Shown here: piece after piece, positions 36,497 through 45,458 of the stretch | How positions within the stretch are numbered: position 1 is the stretch's first letter | Layout of the letters: each line of letters opens with the position of its first letter | From: Steroidobacteraceae bacterium | Lineage (GTDB): Bacteria; Pseudomonadota; Gammaproteobacteria; Steroidobacterales; Steroidobacteraceae | Assembly (NCBI GenBank): GCA_036000265.1 | Contig: DASYGA010000362.1 | Span: 1 to 58,388 of the forward strand | DNA length: 58,388 nucleotides | Direction: 5' to 3' | Made by a program: the position numbers and the translations under genes | The notes under the pieces: model-generated | Database searches by the model: none | What the model was told of the DNA's origin: nothing | What the model saw: only the letters and a program-made list of their open reading frames with translations

Positions 36497-38692
36497 TTGA
36501 AGACTCACTGCGCGGTCGTTTGCGCACTCACGCTCTGTGTCCTCGCCAGTGCCGAAGGCGCCGCCGTTCGCGCCTCAGGCGCGGCCGGTGATCCGGCGCC
36601 ACGAGCCCAGGCTCCTCGGACGCCTGCAAGCCACGCCCCCGCCGATGTCGGCGCCCACCTTCTCAACAAGGTCGTGGTTCAGGCGCCATACCTGTTCAAC
36701 CGCGCCACGCGCTATGCGCATTCCATGCCGGAGGTGGTGGGGCCGGAGATCACCGTCACGAAGAAGACGACCGTGGTACGGCTCGCCAGCCAGCCGCCGA
36801 TCATCGACAACCACGAGCGCGAGCTCTTCGATCGCATGCCCGGCATCGTGCTCGCCGAGCAGCAGAACCCCACCGAGCTCAACATCAATTATCGCGGGCT
36901 GGGCAATCCGCAGGAGAGCGAGTACATCCTGCTCATGCAGGACGGCATTCCGATGGAGATGGACTGGATCGGCTATCCGACGCTCTACTACATCCCTGTG
37001 CCGGAGACCATTTCCGAGGTCCAGATGATCCGCGGCGGCTCGGGTCTTCTCTATGGCCCACAGCCCGAGCCGGTCATCAACTTCATCTCCAAAGGGCCAT
37101 CGCCCAACACCACCGCCACCATCCAGCAGGTGGGCGGCGGCGACGGGCTCTACTCCACGTACGATTCGGTCTCGGGGCCGGCCGGCCCGCTCGGCTACCG
37201 TGCGGACTTCTCCCACCGCCAGTCCGACGGGCAGCGCGCCAACGGCGACTATGAGCTCAACTCCGGCGGCCTGCAGCTCGAGTACCGCATCGATGGGCAG
37301 CAGAAGCTCAATCTCGCCGTGCACGCCTATTCCCTCGAGAGCGGCATCGCGGGCTTCATGAGCTATGCGCAGCTCAAGGCCGATCGCAACCAGACCACCT
37401 CGCCCGACGATCGCGACTGGGAGCATCGCTACACGGCCGTTCTCACCTACAGCAACCAGCTCGATATCAATGATCTGTTCGTGCAGAAACTGTGGTCGGG
37501 CTACCAGGACCTGATCACGCGCTCGGACGCTTACTCGAGCGGAGTTCCGCCCGTCGGGACCGGCGCGACGATGATCGCCCAGCGCTTCCACTACACGGGC
37601 CTCGACGGCAGGTTCGTGCACCACTATGGCCGCGGTGCGGCGGTCACGGTGGGGTATACCGCCTACACCTCCACCAGCCCGTACCACGAATTCAGCAGCA
37701 CCGATCCGCTGGCCGAGCCCTACGCTCCCACGGGATCGCTGATCTACAACGACGAGCGCCGCTCGCGTTACGCGGCCGTTTTCGCCGAGAACCTCTACCG
37801 CTTCAAGCGATTTCACGTGGTGACCTCGGTCCGGCTCAATCATGAGCGGATCGACACCCATGAGACGGTGGCCCCGCATCCGTATCTGGTGAACGGGACC
37901 TACCGCAAGAGCATTCCGCTCTTGGGCTTCGGTATCGGCAATGACTTCGGCCGCGGCAACGAGACCTATCTCAACATCTCCCAAGGATTCCGGCCGGTGC
38001 GGTACCTCGACGTGGCGAGCCCCTTCGGCAAATTCTCGCCGACCAACGATCCGGAGGTCACCAAGTACCTCACCTACGAGGCGGGGGTGCACGGCTGGCC
38101 GGTGTTCGGTCTTTACTACGATGCCAGCGTCTTCCAGGTGAATGTGAAGAACAGCATCGAGACCGAGCAGCTTTCACGGACCGCTTCCGTCGACGTCAAT
38201 ACCGGCGATTCCCGCAGCCGCGGCGTCGAGGCGGAGGGCTCGTACGATCTGATGCAGCTCTGGCCGGGGGCGCGCGATGGCGAGCACCTGACGCTCTTCG
38301 CCAACGCGAGTTACCTCGATGCGGTCTACACGAGCAGCATTACCGGCGGTCAGGTGGGCAAGACGCCGCCCTATGCGCCGCATTACGTGATCAAGGGCGG
38401 AATCACGCTGGGCAATGCGGCAGGCCTGAAGCTGAGCCTGATCGTGGATGCGGTCGGCTCGCAGTACTTTCAGGCGAGCGACACGGGTATCGCCGCGATG
38501 CCGGCGCAGATTCCCGCCTATCTCGTGGCGGACTTCTCCGGTGAATACAAATTCGCCGGGCGCTGGCGGGCGCTCGGGGGCATTTCCAACCTGACTGACC
38601 GGGAATATTACTCGCGTGTCTTCCTCTTCGGCGGCATGATCGAGCCGGCGCTCGGGCGCCAGTTCTATCTCGGGATTGCATTCGATCTGTGA
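36497..38692 (+). CDS. TonB-dependent outer-membrane receptor
   Basis: TTG start and signal peptide. Plug motifs (DRMPGIVLAEQQNP, NINYRGLG, LLMQDGIPM, IRGGSGLLYGPQP). Long beta-barrel. The C-terminus ...YLGIAFDL ends in Leu rather than Phe. Confidence 0.88.
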   Translation: MKTHCAVVCALTLCVLASAEGAAVRASGAAGDPAPRAQAPRTPASHAPADVGAHLLNKVVVQAPYLFNRATRYAHSMPEVVGPEITVTKKTTVVRLASQPPIIDNHERELFDRMPGIVLAEQQNPTELNINYRGLGNPQESEYILLMQDGIPMEMDWIGYPTLYYIPVPETISEVQMIRGGSGLLYGPQPEPVINFISKGPSPNTTATIQQVGGGDGLYSTYDSVSGPAGPLGYRADFSHRQSDGQRANGDYELNSGGLQLEYRIDGQQKLNLAVHAYSLESGIAGFMSYAQLKADRNQTTSPDDRDWEHRYTAVLTYSNQLDINDLFVQKLWSGYQDLITRSDAYSSGVPPVGTGATMIAQRFHYTGLDGRFVHHYGRGAAVTVGYTAYTSTSPYHEFSSTDPLAEPYAPTGSLIYNDERRSRYAAVFAENLYRFKRFHVVTSVRLNHERIDTHETVAPHPYLVNGTYRKSIPLLGFGIGNDFGRGNETYLNISQGFRPVRYLDVASPFGKFSPTNDPEVTKYLTYEAGVHGWPVFGLYYDASVFQVNVKNSIETEQLSRTASVDVNTGDSRSRGVEAEGSYDLMQLWPGARDGEHLTLFANASYLDAVYTSSITGGQVGKTPPYAPHYVIKGGITLGNAAGLKLSLIVDAVGSQYFQASDTGIAAMPAQIPAYLVADFSGEYKFAGRWRALGGISNLTDREYYSRVFLFGGMIEPALGRQFYLGIAFDL

Positions 38693-38701
38693 CCGGCCTG
38701 C

Positions 38702-39112
38702 TCAGATCTCGTCCAATTCCATAAGAGCGGAACGCGCGATGCGCCCCGCCGTGACCGCAATGCCTTCGGCGCGCAGGCGTTTCGCCTGCTCCCTGTGCTC
38801 GCGCGAGGAGCTCGGGAAGACGATCCGGCCGCCGGCGCCGACGACGCGATGCCAGGGGAGGTGCATTGCTCTCGGCGCGACTCGCAAAGCGAAGCCCGTC
38901 AGGCGCGCGCGGCCCGGAAGGCCGGCAGCGCGCGCCACGGCGCCATAGGTGGAGGCTCGCCCGCGGGGAATCGCGCAGACGACCTGCCAGATCGCCTCCA
39001 CGGCGCCACTGTCGCCCGAACCCGCGCCAGATCCGCCAGGCACTCGAGCGAGCGGCCGGAACAGTTGCTCCAGATTCTTGTCGCGTTGCGCCATGGCGAG
39101 ATCTGCGGGCAT
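38702..39112 (-). CDS. alkyltransferase-like (ATL) protein, MGMT DNA-binding domain with Trp replacing the acceptor Cys
   Basis: IPRGRASTYGAVARAAGLPGRARLTGFAL and HLPWHRVV, where MGMT has PCHRV. An alternative start is the internal Met at 39094. Confidence 0.8.
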   Translation of the reverse strand: MPADLAMAQRDKNLEQLFRPLARVPGGSGAGSGDSGAVEAIWQVVCAIPRGRASTYGAVARAAGLPGRARLTGFALRVAPRAMHLPWHRVVGAGGRIVFPSSSREHREQAKRLRAEGIAVTAGRIARSALMELDEI

Positions 39113-39192
39113 TGTAGCGTCAAGCTGAGCGATTGACGCTCGCTCGCCTTCGCCTCTAAAGTTGCAGGCATCGTGCAGAAGCGGGGATCAGC

Positions 39193-39843
39193 ATGCCGCT
39201 CGATGTGATCGGTGCCGGGTTCGGACGCACGGGCACGACATCATTGAAACTTGCTCTGGAGCAGCTCGGGTTCACCCGGTGCCACCACATGACCGAAATC
39301 CGCCGCCATCCCGAGACGGCAGCGCTGTGGGAGGCCGCCGCCGACGGCAAGCCTGCCGACTGGGAGATCCTGCTCGCGGGATACCGGGCCGTCGTGGACT
39401 GGCCGGCATGCTACTTCTACCGCGAGCTCGCACGAGTCTACCCCGGCGCAAAGGTCATTCTGACCCTGCGCGACCCCGATGAGTGGTTCCGGTCCACGCA
39501 GGCGACGATTTTCCGACCCGAGCATGCCAGACGAATCGAGAGCGAGCCGATCTCCGGCGTCGTGAGAAACACGATCTGGCGGACATTCGATGGGCGGCAG
39601 AATGATCGGGAGCATGCGCTCGCCGTATACGAGCGGCACATTGCCGAGGTGCGGCGGACGATCGCGCCGGAACGGCTCCTGGTCTATGAGGTCGTTGAGG
39701 GCTGGGAGCCGCTGTGCGGATTCCTCGGCGTCCCGAATCCCGGCGAGCCGTTTCCGCACGCCAACACCAGCGCGGATTTCCGGCGCGGCGAGCCGTTACC
39801 CGGCTTCAGGCTGCCCGTACCGGTTTCGAGCGCATCGAAGTGA
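39193..39843 (+). CDS. sulfotransferase family protein (P-loop, Sulfotransfer_4-like)
   Basis: VIGAGFGRTGTTSLKLALEQLG, VVDWPACYFYREL and KVILTLRDPDEWFRS. Confidence 0.8.
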   Translation: MPLDVIGAGFGRTGTTSLKLALEQLGFTRCHHMTEIRRHPETAALWEAAADGKPADWEILLAGYRAVVDWPACYFYRELARVYPGAKVILTLRDPDEWFRSTQATIFRPEHARRIESEPISGVVRNTIWRTFDGRQNDREHALAVYERHIAEVRRTIAPERLLVYEVVEGWEPLCGFLGVPNPGEPFPHANTSADFRRGEPLPGFRLPVPVSSASK

Positions 39844-40027
39844 TCAGGTGCATACTTCCATGAATACTGGCCCGTGTTGGTGCCCGACGGCACGCTGCAG
39901 GCCGGACCGCCGGCGCTGCAGCAGGCGACGATCGCAAATGTCGAGTCGTTCTTCGGCTGGACGGTCTCATCGGACCAATTGATCGACAGTCTGGGCCGCA
40001 TCAACGGGTGAGCTGAGCGCTTGCAGC

Positions 40028-40456
40028 CTAACGAGCCTCGGTGGCCTTGCGCTTTCCCAGGTGCAGTAGCGCGTCCAGGCTCCAGGGTCCGGGACCTGCG
40101 ACCCACAGATACAGAAAGGTGAAGCAGAACAGCACCGCGAGATCGCCGCCGTTGAGAATCGGCAGCCAGGTCTTCGGGAAATGCGCAATGAAGAACGCCA
40201 CTGCCATATCACCGCACAGGATGAAGGCGACCGGGCGGCTGAACAGTCCGACCGCCAGCAGGCCGCCACCCACCAGTTCGATCACTCCCTGGATGCCCAG
40301 CAAGGACATCAGTTGCAGGTGGGCGAACATCGGTTGATACGGAACGTGCAGGAGCTTCGCGCAGCCGTGCTGCACGAACAGCAGCGCGGCTACGATGCGC
40401 AGCACGCTGCGAATCCCCGGGGACCATCGCTGTAGCGTTTCTTGTCGATTATTCAT
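40028..40456 (-). CDS. DoxX family membrane protein
   Basis: LRIVAALLFVQHGCAKLL... with four TM helices. 142 aa. Confidence 0.85.
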   Translation of the reverse strand: MNNRQETLQRWSPGIRSVLRIVAALLFVQHGCAKLLHVPYQPMFAHLQLMSLLGIQGVIELVGGGLLAVGLFSRPVAFILCGDMAVAFFIAHFPKTWLPILNGGDLAVLFCFTFLYLWVAGPGPWSLDALLHLGKRKATEAR

Positions 40457-40542
40457 ATGGCACCTGAGTGAGTCCTGGCGAACCCAGTATGGACTTATAA
40501 GGGTGCGCTGAGAACCTGACCTTGCTGGAATGCAGGCAAATG

Positions 40543-41016
40543 CTAAGCGGCGGCGAGCCGCGCCTTAAGCCCCCCGAGCGAGCTGCGCCACCACTCCGCG
40601 GCCCGTTGCAGGGTGACGTGCTCAGGGAAGCCGTGCCGGGCGGCATGCCGCTGTGGAATCGTGTCCCAGGCCCGGTGCTCGATCGAGACCCGCGTCTCCT
40701 CGCCGACCGGCTCGAAGAGGACCTCGACTTCCGTTGACTGCTCCGGGGAGAAGCTCGCCTGACGCCAAGTGAAGACGAGGCGCTTGCCCGGTTCCCACGC
40801 CGAGACGCGGCCAATCTCGAATGTGTCGCCGTTTGTGAGTCGCGTGATGAGGCGACCACCAACGCCGGGCTCGAATGCCAGCTCACCGTCGCCGTGCGGG
40901 GTGATCTGAAAGAGCCGGTTCGGTCGCCACCAGCAAGCAATCTCGCCGGTGAATGCCTCGAACGCGCGCTGCGGACCAGCGGGCACGCGCAAGGCGAGAA
41001 ACACCTTCGATGTCAT
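40543..41016 (-). CDS. SRPBCC / AHSA1 (activator of Hsp90 ATPase-like) domain protein
   Basis: ATG at 41016 overlaps the arsR-like stop. MTSKVFLALRVPAGPQRAFEAFTGEIACWW and RLVFTW. A typical ArsR partner gene. Confidence 0.85.
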   Translation of the reverse strand: MTSKVFLALRVPAGPQRAFEAFTGEIACWWRPNRLFQITPHGDGELAFEPGVGGRLITRLTNGDTFEIGRVSAWEPGKRLVFTWRQASFSPEQSTEVEVLFEPVGEETRVSIEHRAWDTIPQRHAARHGFPEHVTLQRAAEWWRSSLGGLKARLAAA

Positions 41017-41345
41017 TCGTCGATCTTCCGCAGATGCGCCTTGAACGCCGAGAGCTGTCTGGCCCATAGGGCATCCGTTTCCGCCAGCCATGTTTTGAGC
41101 TCCGCCATTGCCTCCGTCCTCAGCCGGTAGATGCGCACGCGCGAATCGAAATCATCACGGCTTTCCTCGACGAGCCCGCTCCTGCGGAGCGTCTTCAGGT
41201 GCCGGCTCATCGCGGGAAAGGAAATGCCCGCAGCGTCGGCGAGCTCTCCCGCCCGATGAGGCCGGTGGCGCAGGAGCTCGACGACCCGCCGGCGATGCGG
41301 ATCGGCGAGCGCCGCAAGCGTGCGGTCGAGGGTCGGCGCGCTCAA
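41013..41345 (-). CDS. ArsR/SmtB-family transcriptional regulator
   Basis: LAALADPHRRRVVELLRHRPHRAGELADAAGISFPAMSRHLKTLRRSGLV is a wHTH. Confidence 0.9.
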   Translation of the reverse strand: MSAPTLDRTLAALADPHRRRVVELLRHRPHRAGELADAAGISFPAMSRHLKTLRRSGLVEESRDDFDSRVRIYRLRTEAMAELKTWLAETDALWARQLSAFKAHLRKIDE

Positions 41346-41806
41346 CGCAGCCGCGCGAACCTGAAGCCTGTGGCCTGCTCCATCTCCTGATTCGACACGT
41401 CGCGGACGTGCTGCGAGAAGGTCCAGTAATGACCCTCCAGATCTGTCGCGACGTAGGTGCGATCACCATAGAACTGGTCCGCTGGCTCCTTCACGATTTT
41501 CGCGCCGGCCTCGCGTGCGCGGCCGCAGTGCTCGTCGATGCCGCCATCGATGCGCACGTGGACCCGCTGCGTGTTCTTTCCGCCCAGCGAGGCGGGACTG
41601 CGGGTCCAGTCCGCCCATTCGGGGCCGATCATGACCACACCGTCGCCGTGGGTCATCTCGGCGTGCACGATGTTGCCTTCAGCGTCGGTCAGCACTTCGC
41701 TCGCCTCGAAGCCGAAGGCCTTTTGCAGCCACTCCAGCGCCGCACGATTGTCCTTATAGGCGAGCGACGGGATGAAGGAGGGCCGGGCAGATGCGGGACT
41801 GGTCAT
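41342..41806 (-). CDS. VOC / PhnB-like glyoxalase family protein
   Basis: SLAYKDNRAALEWLQKAFGFE, HAEMTHGDGVVMIG and DRTYVATDLEGHYWTF. Confidence 0.85.
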   Translation of the reverse strand: MTSPASARPSFIPSLAYKDNRAALEWLQKAFGFEASEVLTDAEGNIVHAEMTHGDGVVMIGPEWADWTRSPASLGGKNTQRVHVRIDGGIDEHCGRAREAGAKIVKEPADQFYGDRTYVATDLEGHYWTFSQHVRDVSNQEMEQATGFRFARLR

Positions 41807-41825
41807 GGCGAACTCCGGTAGTAAT

Positions 41826-41841
41826 TTGTCCAGAACGACAA
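41826..41841. promoter_or_regulatory. inverted repeat TTGTC-N6-GACAA in an AT-rich promoter region, candidate ArsR-type operator
   Basis: Lies 20-35 nt upstream of the VOC-arsR-AHSA1 operon start. It sits in the only markedly AT-rich stretch of the window (ctatatag, taaatatt give -10 candidates). Confidence 0.25.
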
Positions 41842-41920
41842 TATTTAATCATAAACGAAACTATATAGCCAGTCTCTCCCGAGCTCCTGGCGATCCATTG
41901 CGCTCGGCTGCGCTCGCTCG

Positions 41921-42487
41921 TCAGCTCTTGCCTCCGATGAGGTACCGAAAGAAGGAGAGTAACCAGCCCCATCGACCGCCACGGTGAGGCTTCGCATCGG
42001 CAGGCCCCGCTGCCGCTGGCACTGCTGCGTCCTCGGGAGTGGCGCTGGCTCGGGCAGGCAGGTGGCCGGCGAATGCCTCGAAGAACTTGTCGGCGGTCGC
42101 GGCGGCCGCCGCATCGAGCAGCCGGCCGCCGATCTGCGCCAGCTTGCCGCCAATTTGCGATGCGGCCGAATAGTTGAGTCGGGTCTGCTCCGGCGCGAGC
42201 GCCTGCAGCTCGATCCGGGCCTCTCCCCGCGCGAACCCGGCCTGGCTGCTCTGGCCTTCGAAGATCAGTCGATAGCGCGCCGGCGCCTCGATGTCCGCGA
42301 GGGAGAGCTTGCCCCTGAAGCGGGCCCTGACCGGACCGACGGCGGCGGTCATCGCCACGTCGTATGAATGCTCGGCCGTGGCCACGAGGCTCTCACAGCC
42401 TGGGATGCACTGGCGCAGGATTTCCGGATCGTTGAGCAGCGACCAGACCGTTGGGCGATCGGCCGGCAGGATTCGCTCGCCTTTCAT
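41921..42487 (-). CDS. coxG: CoxG-like SRPBCC protein
   Basis: ATG at 42487 overlaps the coxE stop. MKGERILPADRPTVWSLLNDPEILRQCIPGCESL and the GGKLAQIGGRLLD motif. Ala/Pro-rich tail with a hydrophobic end. Confidence 0.85.
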   Translation of the reverse strand: MKGERILPADRPTVWSLLNDPEILRQCIPGCESLVATAEHSYDVAMTAAVGPVRARFRGKLSLADIEAPARYRLIFEGQSSQAGFARGEARIELQALAPEQTRLNYSAASQIGGKLAQIGGRLLDAAAAATADKFFEAFAGHLPARASATPEDAAVPAAAGPADAKPHRGGRWGWLLSFFRYLIGGKS

Positions 42488-43749
42488 CTCCACGAAGTGC
42501 CCTCCCGGGAGGACTGCTGGAGCACCGTGATCAGGCGCTCCAGCGATTCGACGTTGTGAATGGGCAGCATCTGGTCCACACACGGCAGCAAGGCCCTGAC
42601 GCCGCGCGCTTTGGGCGCGAATGCCTCATAGCGCAGGAGCGGGTTCAGCCAGAGCAGGCGCCTGCACGAGCGGGACAGCCGCTGCGCTTGCGCGCTCAGG
42701 ATGTCGATGTCCGTAAGCTCCAGGCCGTCGGTCACGAGGAGCACCGTGGAGCTTGCCAACGGGATGCGTTGCGCCCAGCGGCGGTTGAATTCCTGCAGGC
42801 AGCGGGCGATGCGTGTGCCTCCCGACCAGTCCTCGACGGCTCGCGCAACACGGCTCAAGGCCTGGTCCGGGTCGCAACGCCTGAGGAGCCTGGTGATGTG
42901 GGTGAGTCGGGTTCCGAACACGAACGCGCTCACGCGAAGATCGGCCGAAGGCGGTCCGTTCATGAGAGCGTGCATGAAATGCAGGAACATGCGCGAGTAG
43001 CGCGACATCGATCCCGAGATATCGACGATCACGCATAGCGGCTGGAGCCTCGTCCGGCGCCTGCTGCGCGGCAATTCCGCGATCTCGCCGCCGCGTCTGC
43101 CACAATCGCGCAGCAACTGGCGAAACTCGAGGCGCGCACCGGTCTTCGATGGCGACTGCCGCCGCGCGCGCAGTCGCCCGAGGAGCGGCTCGAGAGCGGC
43201 GGTCAAACGCTGCGCCGTCAGGAACTCCTCGGAAGTCATCGATTCGAAGTCCATGGTGCGCAGCCGCTCCCGGTCCGACCAGCTCGGCTGTATCTGGGCT
43301 TGCGATCGTCCGATCGGCTCGTGCCGTTGTCGCGAAGTGCGGCCCGAGTCGAGCAGTGCGTCGATCAGCCGTCGGTTCAGGGCTGACGGGCGTGGAGCGC
43401 CGTGCGGGGCGCCGGTCGCGGGCGGCGTCATCCGCATGATCTCGCCGAGCAGGTGCGGATCCCGCCAGAAAACGTGGAAGGCTTGATCGAACAGGGGGCG
43501 GTGCTCGGCTCTGCTGGTGAGGCACGCTTCCAGCACGTCGTGCAGCTCATTCCGCCCGTGCACGCCCGCGAGCTCGAGCGACTGCAGCGCAAGCAGAGCC
43601 CGATCGGTGCCTACCGGCAGGCCCGCCTTGCGCAAGAGCCGGGCGAAGTGCACCACGTTGTCGGCGAGCTTGCCGGGTTGCGCGAGGTGCGATGCCGGCT
43701 CCGGGAGCACTTCAATCCGACCCGGCGATGGCAGCGGTGGCGCTGCCAC
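42484..43749 (-). CDS. coxE: VWA-domain protein CoxE
   Basis: NVVHFARLLRKAGLPVG. MIDAS VIVDISGSMSRYS. The GTG at 43749 overlaps coxD by 38 nt. The alternative GTG at 43710 removes the overlap. Confidence 0.85.
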   Translation of the reverse strand: MAAPPLPSPGRIEVLPEPASHLAQPGKLADNVVHFARLLRKAGLPVGTDRALLALQSLELAGVHGRNELHDVLEACLTSRAEHRPLFDQAFHVFWRDPHLLGEIMRMTPPATGAPHGAPRPSALNRRLIDALLDSGRTSRQRHEPIGRSQAQIQPSWSDRERLRTMDFESMTSEEFLTAQRLTAALEPLLGRLRARRQSPSKTGARLEFRQLLRDCGRRGGEIAELPRSRRRTRLQPLCVIVDISGSMSRYSRMFLHFMHALMNGPPSADLRVSAFVFGTRLTHITRLLRRCDPDQALSRVARAVEDWSGGTRIARCLQEFNRRWAQRIPLASSTVLLVTDGLELTDIDILSAQAQRLSRSCRRLLWLNPLLRYEAFAPKARGVRALLPCVDQMLPIHNVESLERLITVLQQSSREGTSWR

Positions 43750-44644
43750 TGCCGATTCTCTCGAGCAGCCGGGCAGCCTCGGATCCTTTCACCCGGGCGA
43801 GGTCGTCCTGGTACTTCAACAGCACGCCCAGGGTGTCATCGATCGTCTGCGGATCGAGCGTCGTACGATCGAGCGCGAGCAGGGCGCGTCCCCATTCGAT
43901 CGTTTCCGAGAGACCCGGCAACTTGTAGAGCTCGAGGTCGCGCAGGCTTCTGACGAACGCGACGATCTGCAGCGCCAGAGCCTGCTTCACCTGTGGCACC
44001 CGCCGGCGGATGATCTCGAGCTCGCGGGCCGCATCCGGATAATCGACCCAGTGATAGATGCAACGCCGCTTGACGGCGTCATGGATCTCACGTGTGCGGT
44101 TCGAAGTGATGATAACGATCGGCGGACGCTCCGCGCGGATGGTCGTCAGCTCCGGGATGGTGATCTGGAACTCCGCCAGCACCTCAAGCAGGTACGCCTC
44201 GAAGGGCTCGTCCGCACGGTCGAGCTCATCGATCAGGAGAACGGGCCGCCCGAGCTGCGGCAGCAGCGCCCGCAGCAATGGCCGCGCAATGAGAAAGCGC
44301 TCCGAGAAGAGACTGGCCGCTATCTGCTCGCGCGATTCATGCGCCGCTTCGCCCAATCGGATCTCGAGCATCTGCCGGGCGTAGTTCCACTCGTAGGCCG
44401 CCAGATTGATGTCGAGCCCTTCGTAGCACTGGAGGCGGATCAGCTCGGCGCTCAGGCCGCGCGAGAGTGCCTTGGCGACCTCGGTCTTGCCGGTGCCCGG
44501 CTCGCCCTCGAGGAACAGCGGACGCTCCAGCCTGAGCGCCAGGAAGAGCGCGGTCGCAAGGCGCCGATCGGCGACATAGTCCTGCGACAGCAGCCGCTCG
44601 CGGGTGTCGTCGATCGAATCCGGAAGGCTCGGTGCGGACTTCAC
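43712..44644 (-). CDS. coxD: MoxR-type AAA+ ATPase CoxD
   Basis: GTG at 44644 inside ORF ..44845. Walker A GEPGTGKTE and Walker B LLIDELDRAD. YEWNYARQMLEI. Confidence 0.88.
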   Translation of the reverse strand: MKSAPSLPDSIDDTRERLLSQDYVADRRLATALFLALRLERPLFLEGEPGTGKTEVAKALSRGLSAELIRLQCYEGLDINLAAYEWNYARQMLEIRLGEAAHESREQIAASLFSERFLIARPLLRALLPQLGRPVLLIDELDRADEPFEAYLLEVLAEFQITIPELTTIRAERPPIVIITSNRTREIHDAVKRRCIYHWVDYPDAARELEIIRRRVPQVKQALALQIVAFVRSLRDLELYKLPGLSETIEWGRALLALDRTTLDPQTIDDTLGVLLKYQDDLARVKGSEAARLLERIGSGSATAAIAGSD

Positions 44645-44672
44645 AAGCGCTCGCAGGCGTACGCGGCGCGGG

Positions 44673-45458
44673 CTAGCCGACGGCGCGGCGCGCGAGCACG
44701 GGGATGAGATGGGCTCGATACTCGGCGCTCGCGTGGATGTCGGTGTTGAGATTCTCGGGAGGGATGGAGATGCCCTCGCACGCCTGCGGGGCGAACCGCC
44801 GCCCCAGGGCGTCCTCGAGGGCCTTGGCCCTGAAGGCACAGGCACCGGCTCCGGTGACTGCGACTCGCACGCCCGTGGATGTCTGCGCCACGAACACGCC
44901 GACCAGAGCGAACCGGGACGCCGGTTGGTGGAACTTCACGTAAGCGGCACGGTTGGGCACCGGAAACTCCACCGCCGTGATGATCTCACCCGGGAGCAGC
45001 GCGGTCTCGAACAGGCCCTTGAAGAAGCCATCGGCGGGCAGGGCCCGCCTGTTGGTGCGAATGGTGGCGTTGAGCGCGAGCACGGCGGCGGGGTAGTCGG
45101 CGGCGGGATCGCTGTTGGCCAGCGAGCCGCCGATCGTTCCACGGTTGCGGACCTGGGGATCTCCGATGCCGGATGCAAGCTGCGCGAGCGAGGGGATCGC
45201 CGCGACGATCGGCGCTGATTCGGCGACAGCGGCATGAGTCGTCATCGCACCGATGGTGACCGACTGGCGATTCGCGCGGATGCCGCGCAGCTCGCCGAGC
45301 GCTGCGAGGTCGATGAAGGCGCTGGGCGCGAGCAGCCCGAGCTTCATGGACGGCAGGACCGACTGCCCCCCGGCGAGGATCCTGGCCTCGGGATCGCTTT
45401 CGGCGAGCTTTGCCGCCTCGCCGAGAGAGGAGGGGCGGTGATAGGCGATGGCGCTCAT
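44673..45458 (-). CDS. coxM: FAD-binding medium subunit of a molybdenum hydroxylase (CoxM-like)
   Basis: [16 protein letters not shown] and [24 protein letters not shown]. Confidence 0.9.
   Translation of the reverse strand: MSAIAYHRPSSLGEAAKLAESDPEARILAGGQSVLPSMKLGLLAPSAFIDLAALGELRGIRANRQSVTIGAMTTHAAVAESAPIVAAIPSLAQLASGIGDPQVRNRGTIGGSLANSDPAADYPAAVLALNATIRTNRRALPADGFFKGLFETALLPGEIITAVEFPVPNRAAYVKFHQPASRFALVGVFVAQTSTGVRVAVTGAGACAFRAKALEDALGRRFAPQACEGISIPPENLNTDIHASAEYRAHLIPVLARRAVG

Noticed and set aside
39841-39843. TGA of the sulfotransferase as a selenocysteine or programmed-readthrough codon
   Set aside because: I saw no SECIS-like hairpin immediately downstream, and there is no Cys-homolog logic at a C-terminal position. 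The protein already appears full-length.
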